A DNA stretch of 64,000 nt from a virus (lineage: Duplodnaviria > Caudoviricetes), in the IMG/VR virus record IMGVR_UViG_3300017716_001756, positions 1 to 64,000 of that record. One strand, written 5' to 3'. This document shows, piece after piece, positions 1 to 9,200 of this stretch (the first letter of the stretch is position 1; each line of letters starts with the position of its first letter). The notes under the pieces are model-generated. The model did no database searches, was not told the origin of the DNA, and was given only the letters and a program-made list of their open reading frames with translations. The translations under genes and the position numbers were made by a program.

Positions 1-760
1 GCACCAGTAATAGTTCCAGTAAGGTCAGTGGTAGCGGTGGTCGAAATAAAGCTCGTACCATTGTGACGATAGAGTTTGTTATCCGAGGTCAGGAAAACAG
101 TTCGGCCAGCAAAGTTCCCGGTACCGGGGAGGCTGGCAAAGATTTCAACAGGAGCAATCCCTGTAGCGAATTTGGCAGCAGTGATTACGGCGTTCGTGAT
201 CTGAGCATTAGTAATGGTTCCGCTAAGATCAGTGGTAGCAGTGGTCGAAATAAAGCTCGTGCCATTGTGGCGATAGAGTTTGCTGTCCGAGGTCAGGAAA
301 ACCGTTCGACCAGCAAAGTTTCCCACAGCGGGGAGGGTGCCGACGACCTCAATAGGAGTCAGCCCCGCCGCGAATTTGGCGATGGCGATGGCTCCGTCAG
401 AGATTTGAGCACCAGTAATGGTGCCGGTCAGATCAGCGGCGGCAGTAGTAGAAATCCAAGCCGATCCGGTATAGCGATATATTTTATCGTCGGTAGTCAG
501 ATAGGCCATGCGGCCTTCGTAGTTACCAGTTACTGGCAGAGTCGCCACAGTCTCAACACCCGCACCGACTTGATCAGGAGCAGTACGCTCCCAAGCCGTG
601 CCGTTCCAGTTGTAAAGATTGTTATCACTCGTCAGCATCACAGTACGACCTGTGAAGTTTCCAGTTACAGGCAGAGTGGCGACGATTTCAACGGGGACCA
701 GCCCCGAGGCGAACTTAGGCAGAGTGACAGCACCAGTACCGATATCTCCCGTACCAGCGG
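1..760 (-). repeat. About 204-bp (68-aa) tandem coding repeats in the tail fibre C-terminal part
   Basis: TCGAAATAAAGCTCGT recurs at 41 and 245. Protein unit: KFAxGxxPVEIxxxLPxxGNFxGRTVFLTSDxKLYRxNGTxxISTTAxxDLTGTIT, with more degenerate copies up to about 760. Confidence 0.85.
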
Positions 761-3449
761 GGGTCGTAGTGGCGGAGGCCCCTCCAACGGAAGTGAAAGG
801 ACCGACGTTACCGAGGTTGTCTTCGAATTTAACCCAATAGAAATTAGTGACGATGCCAGAAAGCCCCGCACGAATGAAGGTATCAGAATCAGTCATACCG
901 ACGTAGGTGGCCCCGGCGCTGTTGTTGACCGCAGACTCATAAACACGGGCGTAACGGATATCCGTTTGGGCAGGGTAGGTTACTTTCACAGTAATCTGGT
1001 TCAGACCCCCAGCGACGGAAGACAGAGAACCCCCCGTAATGGCGAGAGACTTTTCGATAGGTGTCGGCGTAATCGCGGGCGAGACCCAGAGACTTTGCTG
1101 ATCCCAGATATTCCTCGATTGGGCTTGGAACTCCCAATCACCTTCGCGAGGAAGACTGACTGCAAGTCCAGTACCATCTGTCTCAACAACGTCGTACTCA
1201 ACTTCACCATCAATACGATATCGGATGAAGAAACGATTAGCGTAAGGGTCCGAGGGGGGAGTGAAATCTACACGCGCTTCATAGATCATCGTGCCGTCAG
1301 GGGCGGCGCGAGAGACATTGCTCACTACGAGATTGGTAGGAGACGCCGGTTCCCGATTGATAGGGAAACTGTAACGGGGCTCACCCACAACGGTAGCGTC
1401 GTCTTCAGCAGCGAACTTCAGGCGGTTGACTTCGATAGCCATAACAGACCAAGCGTCAGGGTCTTCTTCCAGCTTGAGGTCCAGAATACGATAGGGTTTC
1501 GGAAGTCCAAGAGCCCCCCCATCCTGAGTAAGAGAGAATTGAGCCTTCTGATACACGCCCGCAGGGAACGCGGAGTTAATCGTCAACGTGGAAGTAAACC
1601 CGGTAGTGCCGGTGGTGACGGTCCTGCTGACAATGCCGTCAGTGGACTCAACTTCTAGGCCGTAGGTAACTCCGGTTTCGATATAGATGGGATCGCGCAG
1701 AGTGATGGTAGTCCCAGCGTAGGACTTGAAACGACCAGATTGCCCGTAGCCCTTATAAGGATCGGTAATAAGAACGATATCGTAAGGGGCAAGAAATTGA
1801 GCCTTACGATTGGTCTTGAAGTTGACCATTTCAGTTTCAGTCGTGGCAGCGACCAGACGGCGTGAGGCTTTACGAACAGCTTCGTTAGCGTCCGTAGTGC
1901 CAACGGCAATAAAATCAAAAGGAATGCGACCGTGTTGTGCGATTTGGTCGTCGTCTTTAATCCCACGTCGGTCCTCATTGTAATCGATTTCCGGGTTTCG
2001 GAAGATCACAGTCAGATCGTTATAACGGGTATTAGTATCGGTATGAGTGTACTCAAAGTCTCCAATGATCGACTCAGGACCAAAGATGGCGACCGCAGGG
2101 TCGTCCTTATCCATCAAAACGCGAACGTTCCCATTGTCGTCATCGACAATAATGGAGTTGAAGGAGCCCGCCATATAGCGGCAGAAATCCCGACCATCCA
2201 TAGGGTCGGTCAGATAGGCGTTAAATGTGTAGCGGGGTTTACCGCTAGGCAAGATATGGTCAGTAATTTGAGCCAGAGCGTAGGCTTCGTAACGGCTCCA
2301 ATTGACCGGGGTATATGCCGACCAACCCCAGCGGTCGTTGTGGATGGCTTCGTACAGAAGCCATACGGGGCTATTAGTCCATTCTTCTTTCCATAGACCA
2401 TCCCAGACGCCAGTGTAGACCCTAGTGATAGGGTTAAAGTTAGTAGGCACCTTGACGATAAGACCGTCGCCCTCACCGGAGATTTGTGGAACAGAAGTAA
2501 ATTGGTCGGTGGACTTAGCTACAATTTGCAGGAAGCCAGTGTTGGCGTAACGCTTAGGAGACTTATCAATGGTCTGGAAGCTCTCCCAAGTAACTTCAGC
2601 GTAATAACGGGGGTCGCCGCTAAGAGAACTGTCGGCAGTGAGACGCTCGATCTGAATTGTGTAGGGCTCAGGAATCCGCTGGACAGGGATACGGTATTCC
2701 TTAACATAGGAAGAAGTAGTCTTACCTCGGATAAAGAGCCCTTGGGGAGGCCCCGAAACGCCGGGTTGACCTGAATATGAACCTTGTGCCCAAGTGGCGG
2801 CGTCATCAAAAACGTCCGCGCTCCAAGTCCTTCCGGGGTCGGAAGGGTCAGTCCAGACACCGCCACCATCGACACTACTTCCGGGGGACCAAGAGGTATC
2901 GTACCATTCGAGGTACGGGTTGGTGGAGGTAGGGGCCATGTAGGTGGCTTCTTGCCATTCGACCCACTCAGTTGCACTGAGCGCCTTATAGCGAATTTTG
3001 AAATTGAAGCTATGGTCAAAAACACCAGTGTTGTTGCCGTTCTCTACAGACTTCATGAGTTGAGTAACGACCATACGGATATCGATAGCGTCGATATTAC
3101 CATGTGGTGTCTGACGAGTAATAGGAATGCCAAAGGCGGTAGCAATACCAACGGCGTGGTTGCTCGACTCCCCTCCAAGCTTGAAGTTCAGAACCTCAGG
3201 AAAGGCGGTACCGGGGTAAACCGTGCTTTCAAATTCCTCAAAGTTATATTCATCGTCTTGGCGCTGAAGAACTGTGTCGCCCACCATGAGGCTTTTATCG
3301 CCGTCAGTGAGGCCCTGCCAAGGGCCTTCCGTAACCCCGATAACGAGTTCAACAGTATCTTCCGAACGCAAGTTATCAGGCGTCTGAGTCGGAGCCGGGG
3401 GGGTTTTCGGCTTACCACCAGCGCCTCTGATAATTTTACGCTGCGACAT
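1..3449 (-). CDS. Central tail fibre / host-specificity protein (lambda J-like), 3' end outside the window
   Basis: Manual translation from ATG at 3449: MSQRKIIRGAGGKPKTPPAPTQTPDNLRSED..., J-type segments (WTNSPVWLLYE, RYTFNAYL), an FN3-like region and then 68-aa repeats. No stop seen before base 1, so it is absent from the ORF track. Follows the I/K/L/M genes. Confidence 0.9.
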   Translation of the reverse strand, partial: MSQRKIIRGAGGKPKTPPAPTQTPDNLRSEDTVELVIGVTEGPWQGLTDGDKSLMVGDTVLQRQDDEYNFEEFESTVYPGTAFPEVLNFKLGGESSNHAVGIATAFGIPITRQTPHGNIDAIDIRMVVTQLMKSVENGNNTGVFDHSFNFKIRYKALSATEWVEWQEATYMAPTSTNPYLEWYDTSWSPGSSVDGGGVWTDPSDPGRTWSADVFDDAATWAQGSYSGQPGVSGPPQGLFIRGKTTSSYVKEYRIPVQRIPEPYTIQIERLTADSSLSGDPRYYAEVTWESFQTIDKSPKRYANTGFLQIVAKSTDQFTSVPQISGEGDGLIVKVPTNFNPITRVYTGVWDGLWKEEWTNSPVWLLYEAIHNDRWGWSAYTPVNWSRYEAYALAQITDHILPSGKPRYTFNAYLTDPMDGRDFCRYMAGSFNSIIVDDDNGNVRVLMDKDDPAVAIFGPESIIGDFEYTHTDTNTRYNDLTVIFRNPEIDYNEDRRGIKDDDQIAQHGRIPFDFIAVGTTDANEAVRKASRRLVAATTETEMVNFKTNRKAQFLAPYDIVLITDPYKGYGQSGRFKSYAGTTITLRDPIYIETGVTYGLEVESTDGIVSRTVTTGTTGFTSTLTINSAFPAGVYQKAQFSLTQDGGALGLPKPYRILDLKLEEDPDAWSVMAIEVNRLKFAAEDDATVVGEPRYSFPINREPASPTNLVVSNVSRAAPDGTMIYEARVDFTPPSDPYANRFFIRYRIDGEVEYDVVETDGTGLAVSLPREGDWEFQAQSRNIWDQQSLWVSPAITPTPIEKSLAITGGSLSSVAGGLNQITVKVTYPAQTDIRYARVYESAVNNSAGATYVGMTDSDTFIRAGLSGIVTNFYWVKFEDNLGNVGPFTSVGGASATTTPAGTGDIGTGAVTLPKFASGLVPVEIVATLPVTGNFTGRTVMLTSDNNLYNWNGTAWERTAPDQVGAGVETVATLPVTGNYEGRMAYLTTDDKIYRYTGSAWISTTAAADLTGTITGAQISDGAIAIAKFAAGLTPIEVVGTLPAVGNFAGRTVFLTSDSKLYRHNGTSFISTTATTDLSGTITNAQITNAVITAAKFATGIAPVEIFASLPGTGNFAGRTVFLTSDNKLYRHNGTSFISTTATTDLTGTITG

Positions 3450-4053
3450 TCTTGGAATCCACGTTGAAAGAAATGATGTGTCCGTAGAACTTGTGACGAC
3501 CCATTAGAAGGGAAATTGGAGTACCGATCTTAACAGTGTTTCCATTAGAACCCAAGTATTTACTTGATTCCAAATCGTTGGCCGCACTCATATCCATCTT
3601 TGGCTGAGGCATCATTGCCTCCATCAGGCCACCAACGATCAGTCCGATACCGGTGGTCAACATCATAGAACCGAGGGCCGTAAGATTAGCTAGACCTACC
3701 AAGATACCACCACCAGTCACGACAATGGCCCAAGCAACAATGGCTACGAGAATAACTCCGATGATGATTTTCAGAAGACCGTTACCACCACCACCGCCAA
3801 GGAGCGTCGGGTAAACGTGAATTTCTTCAACTCCCTCGTCGAGGGGAGCGCGGATCGCCTCTTCAGTTTCGTAATCTCTGATCTTCACAACAACGCGCGA
3901 CCGGTCGGGAGAAGGCTGAAGCTCTTTATGAAACATGGCAGAAAGACCGTCGATCAGTTCATAGACACTTCCGCCAGCCAGTTGAACGGAGTCCACCCCG
4001 GTAAGGGTCTTAAGAATTCCGTAGAGATATACTGTCTTTAAGGACTTGTCCAT
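3436..4053 (-). CDS. Tail assembly protein I-like
   Basis: N-terminal ubiquitin-like segment (VYLYGILK...EEIHVYPTLLGGGG), hydrophobic Gly-rich helices, C-terminal GTPISLLMG. ATG at 4053 preferred over TTG at 4083. Confidence 0.8.
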   Translation of the reverse strand: MDKSLKTVYLYGILKTLTGVDSVQLAGGSVYELIDGLSAMFHKELQPSPDRSRVVVKIRDYETEEAIRAPLDEGVEEIHVYPTLLGGGGGNGLLKIIIGVILVAIVAWAIVVTGGGILVGLANLTALGSMMLTTGIGLIVGGLMEAMMPQPKMDMSAANDLESSKYLGSNGNTVKIGTPISLLMGRHKFYGHIISFNVDSKNVAA

Positions 4054-4360
4054 CTTCAACCTTGTAAATCCGTAGCCCGTCAAAACCGATCACTATATGT
4101 TTATGCTCAGGGAAATTAAGAAACCCGAGATAATCCTCGTAACTCAATTGAGAGGTCTTGCTAGGTTGAGTATGCCAAATAGCAGAAGCTTTAGCAAGGT
4201 AAGCTTCTTGGTCTTCGAAGCTTACTTCGAACAACTCTTTAGACAGTGGGTGCTGGTTCTCAACTTCAACCACTTCATTATCAACAATGAACCCAACCCT
4301 TTCAGGACCGGTGGCGCTATACTTCGCCTTGAGTTCTTCCAAGTAATCTGGCTCTGACAT
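4010..4360 (-). CDS. JAB/MPN-domain tail tip protein (N-terminal half of lambda K)
   Basis: ERVGFI...AIWHTQP...LSYED JAB motif; position between NlpC and I genes. Confidence 0.8.
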   Translation of the reverse strand: MSEPDYLEELKAKYSATGPERVGFIVDNEVVEVENQHPLSKELFEVSFEDQEAYLAKASAIWHTQPSKTSQLSYEDYLGFLNFPEHKHIVIGFDGLRIYKVEDGQVLKDSISLRNS

Positions 4361-4787
4361 TGGGGGGCAATAGCTCCGTTATTTCGGTCATCTTGACCGG
4401 AGGTTTAACTTCTCTAAAAGACTCGTGACGAAGAATCATTAGGGGCCGTCTCCAAACGCCTTTGAAGTCATCGGCGGAAGAGAACCTACCAGTATAATGA
4501 TGAAGCACCTTGTTGTCATCCACCAGCATTCCGATATGAGTCGGGAAGCCTACAGTGATGCTACCAGCTACAAGAAGAACGTCGTGGAGTTGAGGCTTCC
4601 AATCGTCGGTATCGACCTGATAAAATCCCTCTCGCTTGAAAAGACGGACGTACATATTGTCTTCGTAATCCCAGAAATCGCTAGGGAAAGCGTAGTCTCG
4701 AATATGAATGCCCAAGGGTTCGAAATACTTTCGACCCATCTGGAAACAATCATTTACTTCGGGAATGTAAGGAAGACCAAGCAGCAT
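4317..4787 (-). CDS. NlpC/P60 tail tip protein (C-terminal half of lambda K)
   Basis: LLGLPY...NDC...THIGMLVDDNKVLHH; start at ATG 4787. Confidence 0.85.
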   Translation of the reverse strand: MLLGLPYIPEVNDCFQMGRKYFEPLGIHIRDYAFPSDFWDYEDNMYVRLFKREGFYQVDTDDWKPQLHDVLLVAGSITVGFPTHIGMLVDDNKVLHHYTGRFSSADDFKGVWRRPLMILRHESFREVKPPVKMTEITELLPPNVRARLLGRTQGEV

Positions 4788-4788
4788 A

Positions 4789-5295
4789 TCAATACATCTT
4801 AACTTGAGGGAACTCAGGTGGTAGATATTTACGAGCAGGGATCGTAAACCTCGGACCATCGAGCGTGTTGCGGAGTTCCAGCATAATCATGTTAGGGGTC
4901 TCCGAGGTGATTCTGGACACCTTCCATCGGCGCTCCTGCTTGATATTAGTGTTCGCTTCCGCATGGGTCTTCAAAACCCTGCGCCAAATAACCGTAGCAC
5001 CCTCGATAGAATCCTCGGCGTGTAGTGCCGAGAATACCCCTCGAATAGGGTTCTGTTCAGCATCATAGGTGAAGTTTGCAAGTCCAAGCTTCGGGCGAGA
5101 AGTGGCGTCATCGCTACTGCGAGCAATGCCAGTCAGCTTCATACCCCAATTCTCATAAGTGTTACCCTGCCATGTGGTCGTGGCCTCTGGCGTAAGATAG
5201 AGAACACCTGTGGGGTAAAGTTGGAACTCAAACAGATTCCGGTAGGCCCCACCGGTTAGAGTAAGAGCGTCTTCAATATGTTCGTCAGGTATCAC
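4789..5295 (-). CDS. Minor tail protein L-like
   Basis: TWQGNTYE, RPKLGLAN, GATVIWRRVL, LELRNTLD...TIPARKY resemble gpL; synteny. Confidence 0.8.
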   Translation of the reverse strand: MIPDEHIEDALTLTGGAYRNLFEFQLYPTGVLYLTPEATTTWQGNTYENWGMKLTGIARSSDDATSRPKLGLANFTYDAEQNPIRGVFSALHAEDSIEGATVIWRRVLKTHAEANTNIKQERRWKVSRITSETPNMIMLELRNTLDGPRFTIPARKYLPPEFPQVKMY

Positions 5296-6266
5296 TGGAC
5301 AATCTCCACCAACTCAATCGTGAAATCTTTAAGAGCACCGTTGCCATTCATCATCCCCTCCGGGATTTTGAGTGGGGAATAAAATTGTGCTTCAACATTA
5401 CCGTAAACCGGGTGTGGGTATATGAACGTCTTATGGAGCTTGTGACGATTATAAAAAGCCTCAAGCCGACCCATGTTGACTTGCATATGCCTGTCGAGAT
5501 TCAAAGACCCGAGTGTCCTAGTGACAGCGGCGGTCTTTGTCTGGATAAGACTTGAAGCCGTAGCGGCCTTCTCTAGCTGGATTCCCCCAATTCTGACAGT
5601 GAAGTCTACAGCTTGGGCAGACCAATCGAAGCCAAGGAAAGTTCTGACGTGGGCCGTTGAGGGCGACATTCCAGACAGAGTACGAGTAACACTTACTCTT
5701 GTTGTATCCAAAGGAACCTCCCGGCGGGGAGTTATGTTGGAGACGTTAGTGTTTGCAACAGACGAGAGGGCGGCGTTGGTCTCTTGGAGAGACAAGCGAC
5801 TAGCTATACCTGTAGGAGGTGGAACGATATATCTAGTATAAATCGAAGAGGTCCATACTTCTCCGACTACCGCAGGGATGAGAGTGTAGGGAGCGGTGAC
5901 ATAAATCTCCGCCAAGGTGGATGACCCGTTGCCAGTGATCCTGAGGTCCAAGTATGGGATATCGTTTTCCACCCCAATACCTACAACTACAATATTACCG
6001 CCTGTGGGATTGACCTTTACCCAGCCAGTGGGGAGCGCCCCTGTGCTTACAGAAGCGCCAAGGCCGAAATTGTTAGGAATATAATTAGTCGATGTGGGCT
6101 CTGAGTTCACGTCATAGAGCATAGTCGGGAACTTTAGAGAGAAGCGACGAAGATCAGGGCCGTTAGGAGGCGAAGAGAACATATAGCCCGCCCCAAGCTG
6201 TATCCGAGTACCACTCTCAGGGTACTCGGTCTGCTGGGTGTGAAAAGGAAAGTCAAAAGTTTCCAT
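5292..6266 (-). CDS. Distal tail protein (gpM-like) with large inserted beta-rich, probably carbohydrate-binding, domain
   Basis: gpM-like N-terminus (TEYPES...LGAGY) and C-terminus (LEAFYNRH...FIYPHP) enclose about 210 aa ending in a RIGGIQLEK-type segment. Confidence 0.65.
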   Translation of the reverse strand: METFDFPFHTQQTEYPESGTRIQLGAGYMFSSPPNGPDLRRFSLKFPTMLYDVNSEPTSTNYIPNNFGLGASVSTGALPTGWVKVNPTGGNIVVVGIGVENDIPYLDLRITGNGSSTLAEIYVTAPYTLIPAVVGEVWTSSIYTRYIVPPPTGIASRLSLQETNAALSSVANTNVSNITPRREVPLDTTRVSVTRTLSGMSPSTAHVRTFLGFDWSAQAVDFTVRIGGIQLEKAATASSLIQTKTAAVTRTLGSLNLDRHMQVNMGRLEAFYNRHKLHKTFIYPHPVYGNVEAQFYSPLKIPEGMMNGNGALKDFTIELVEIVQ

Positions 6267-9200
6267 TAGATAGCGCCACTCTGAATTGCCTTCGTCGTCT
6301 TGTAAACGGGGCCACGGTTAATCATATCTTCTTGGACCATAACGATAATTTGATCCCTAGTCGGTGGCGGCTGCTTATCCGGGGAGACTACATAGACTTC
6401 CAACGGGCGCTCCGGCTTACCTTGTGGTGCAATAATAACAGGTTTGGCTGCAAGAGCACTAGAGTTAATCTTGTTCCCTTGGGCGTTAATCTGATTCAGA
6501 TTATCGACACCGATAGCATCCACCGCCGATTTACGAAGAACGTACTCACCGGGCATGGCTTTAATGTCAACGCTGTCACGCCCACGGACAGGACCGTAGC
6601 CCGTAGCGGCATGGATAAGACCCCCTTCACGGTAGAACTCGGGGGCAGGGCCACCGCCGAAGGGGGTGCCCGAGGGGTTCCAATTGCCGCCTCCCCAAAT
6701 GGCGTTCGCCAGTTGGAGAACCAGACGCATCATCTGCTTAGCCGCTTCAGAGGCTACAACGTCCATCATGGCCTTAAGGATAGTGGCTCCCATAGCCCTG
6801 AAGGCATCACCAACAGTGGCAGTACCGGACATAATGTCTGAGAAGAAGGTAGAGAAAGCCCCCTGAGTAGCGTCAAGAACGCCGGGGATGCCGTCGAGAA
6901 CATCAGTCATCATGGACTTGAAGACACCTTTTTCTTCAGCCCAACCTTCGACCACAAGTTTCAGACGGTCACTAAACAGTTGCTCATTTTCACCGAGGGC
7001 TTCCCCAAGGGCTTCCATTTCAATCATAAGGTCGCGCTCTTGAGTGCGATACTCGACCGCCTTCGCCAAGTTGGCTTCCATAACTTGAACCAGCGCCTGT
7101 TGCTCTCCATAGGCTTGAGTATTTTCCCGGTTCATGTTCGTGAGCTTCTCTTGCTCAGCCCTCAAACGGGCAAGATCAACGTCGCGCAGAGTCATACCAG
7201 TGTTGCCGAGTTGGCTATCCAGTGAACCAGTTACTTGCGACTGCATCATTGTTGCATTAGCAAATTGGGCGGGCATAAGCTGTTCATTCGCATAATTAGC
7301 CGCACGGCCACGAAGGACCGAACGTGCGTTAGCTTCGGCACCACTAAGAGTACCGAATGCGACTCGACGCTGATCGACCGCCGCAGCGATTCGTTCATTG
7401 GCCTCTTGGAACTGAATGGTCGTCATTTCATCGATGCTGTTGAAAGCTTCCATGAGGGCAGTCAGACTATCCTCGGTTCTATTGACGAGGTTCGTGATCG
7501 AGCCAGCAAACTGAGGCAGCTTCGTGTACATCGAAGTGAAGGCTGCGATGCTATCTTCCTGCACCCGCTCCATTTCGTTATCGCGGGCGTTCATCAAATC
7601 CTGAATCTCGGTATTCAATTCAGCAAGACGTTCGGGGGTCAGCCGAGCCGCAGCGTCCATACTATCACGGTACTTGATCAGAGCATCAATACGAAGACGA
7701 TAGTACCGGCCTGTTTGATCTTCGACCTCTTGCAGTGCTACACCAATTTCAGTAACAGCAGCAGCGGCATTTTCGTCAGAAGTATTGGAGCCGAGGTTAC
7801 GAAGAGTACGAGTTGCCAGATTCTTGGCAGTAGTAGCGACGGTGCGAGCGCCGTCAGCAACCGACTCAAGGTTCTTACGAGCTTCTTCAGCCATGGCTTC
7901 AGCAGCTTCTCCGAGGGATCGCATCGATTCATTACTGGCGTTGCCAGCTTGACGGGCGTAGGTCTGACGTACATTGGCGGCAAACTGTCGGTTGTTGAGA
8001 CCCGCGCCAGCATTCAATGCCGCCTCTTGGCCACCAACAGTGGCGGCAAGATTGGCATCAGGATTCTGAAGGATATTAGTTGCCCCCCTGACGCCTTGTT
8101 GCCAAGCAAGGTACATTTCCCAATCTTCAGGACGACGACCGAGGTTCTCAGTCATCTGTGCAATCCGGCTAGTCATTTCTTCCATGGCGAACACCATGTT
8201 TTGTTCGGGGTCTAGGCGGGGATCGTTAGGGTTACGGTCAGCGATCCGGGTACTAACTTGCTGATCTGGTCGCTTCTCATTCCAAGTAGCTGCCATGATC
8301 TGGAAAAGACCACGGGCGGTGGATTCAGGGTTAGTAGCGTCAGCGTTGAAGCGACCCCCGGTTTCGTAGGAGGCTACGTTACGCATCAGATCAGGACTGA
8401 GACCATACTCAGTGGCCATATCACGGATGCGTTGGGCCATAGGGATACGCTCACGTTGAGCAACTCGGCCACCTTGAGCTATAGTGTCTTCTTCAACACT
8501 CTGTCGCCAAGTGGCAAAGCCCCCTCGGCCAAGAAGGGTTTCAACGTTAACCCCGCTACTACGCCGAGAAATCTCACGACTGATCCAGTCTTCAAACTCA
8601 GATTTATTACGGACGGTGTCGGGGATAGTAAGACCCCCAGCGGTGGCTTCTCTTTTCAGTGCGTCGATATCGCTGGAAGGAGCGTTAGCGACAAGAGGTT
8701 GTAGAGCCTGAAGATTACGAAGAGCGAGAGCATCGTTTTCACGTTGGGTGTTGATGAGAACCTCGCGAATACGAACAAGCTCGTCGTTGACAGGGTTCAT
8801 CACTTGCTCAAAAGCGTAACGCTGCTCTGGGGTTCTCTCTACGGAGAAATAGGTCTCCCTAGCGGTTTCCAACTCAGTAGTGATCTTACGGAAAGTTGCT
8901 CCATACTGCGCGATTATGCGTTCACTAGCCCGCAGACGCTCAGCAGGGTCTTCTCGGTTTGCCCGTGCTGACGCGGACATATCCCCCGTCAGGTTACCGA
9001 GGGGGGCAATTCGAGCCGCCTCGCGGTTTCTGAAAGCTTGCCAGTCGGGGTTAGACAGAAGCGCCATACCCCCCGCGTTTACTTGCGCTTGTTGATTCTG
9101 GCCGCGAGCGGCCATCAGGGTCGCAGTGGAGAAGCGAACAGAGTTGAGCCTTTCGATTGCCCCAGCACCGGTCCCGGCCTTCGTAAGAAGGTTAATAAGA

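Noticed and set aside
63-1658. 531-aa plus-strand ORF
   Set aside because: Antisense shadow of the tail fibre gene, which is open on the minus strand through this region; its Ser/Gly/Arg-rich sequence is typical of shadow frames.
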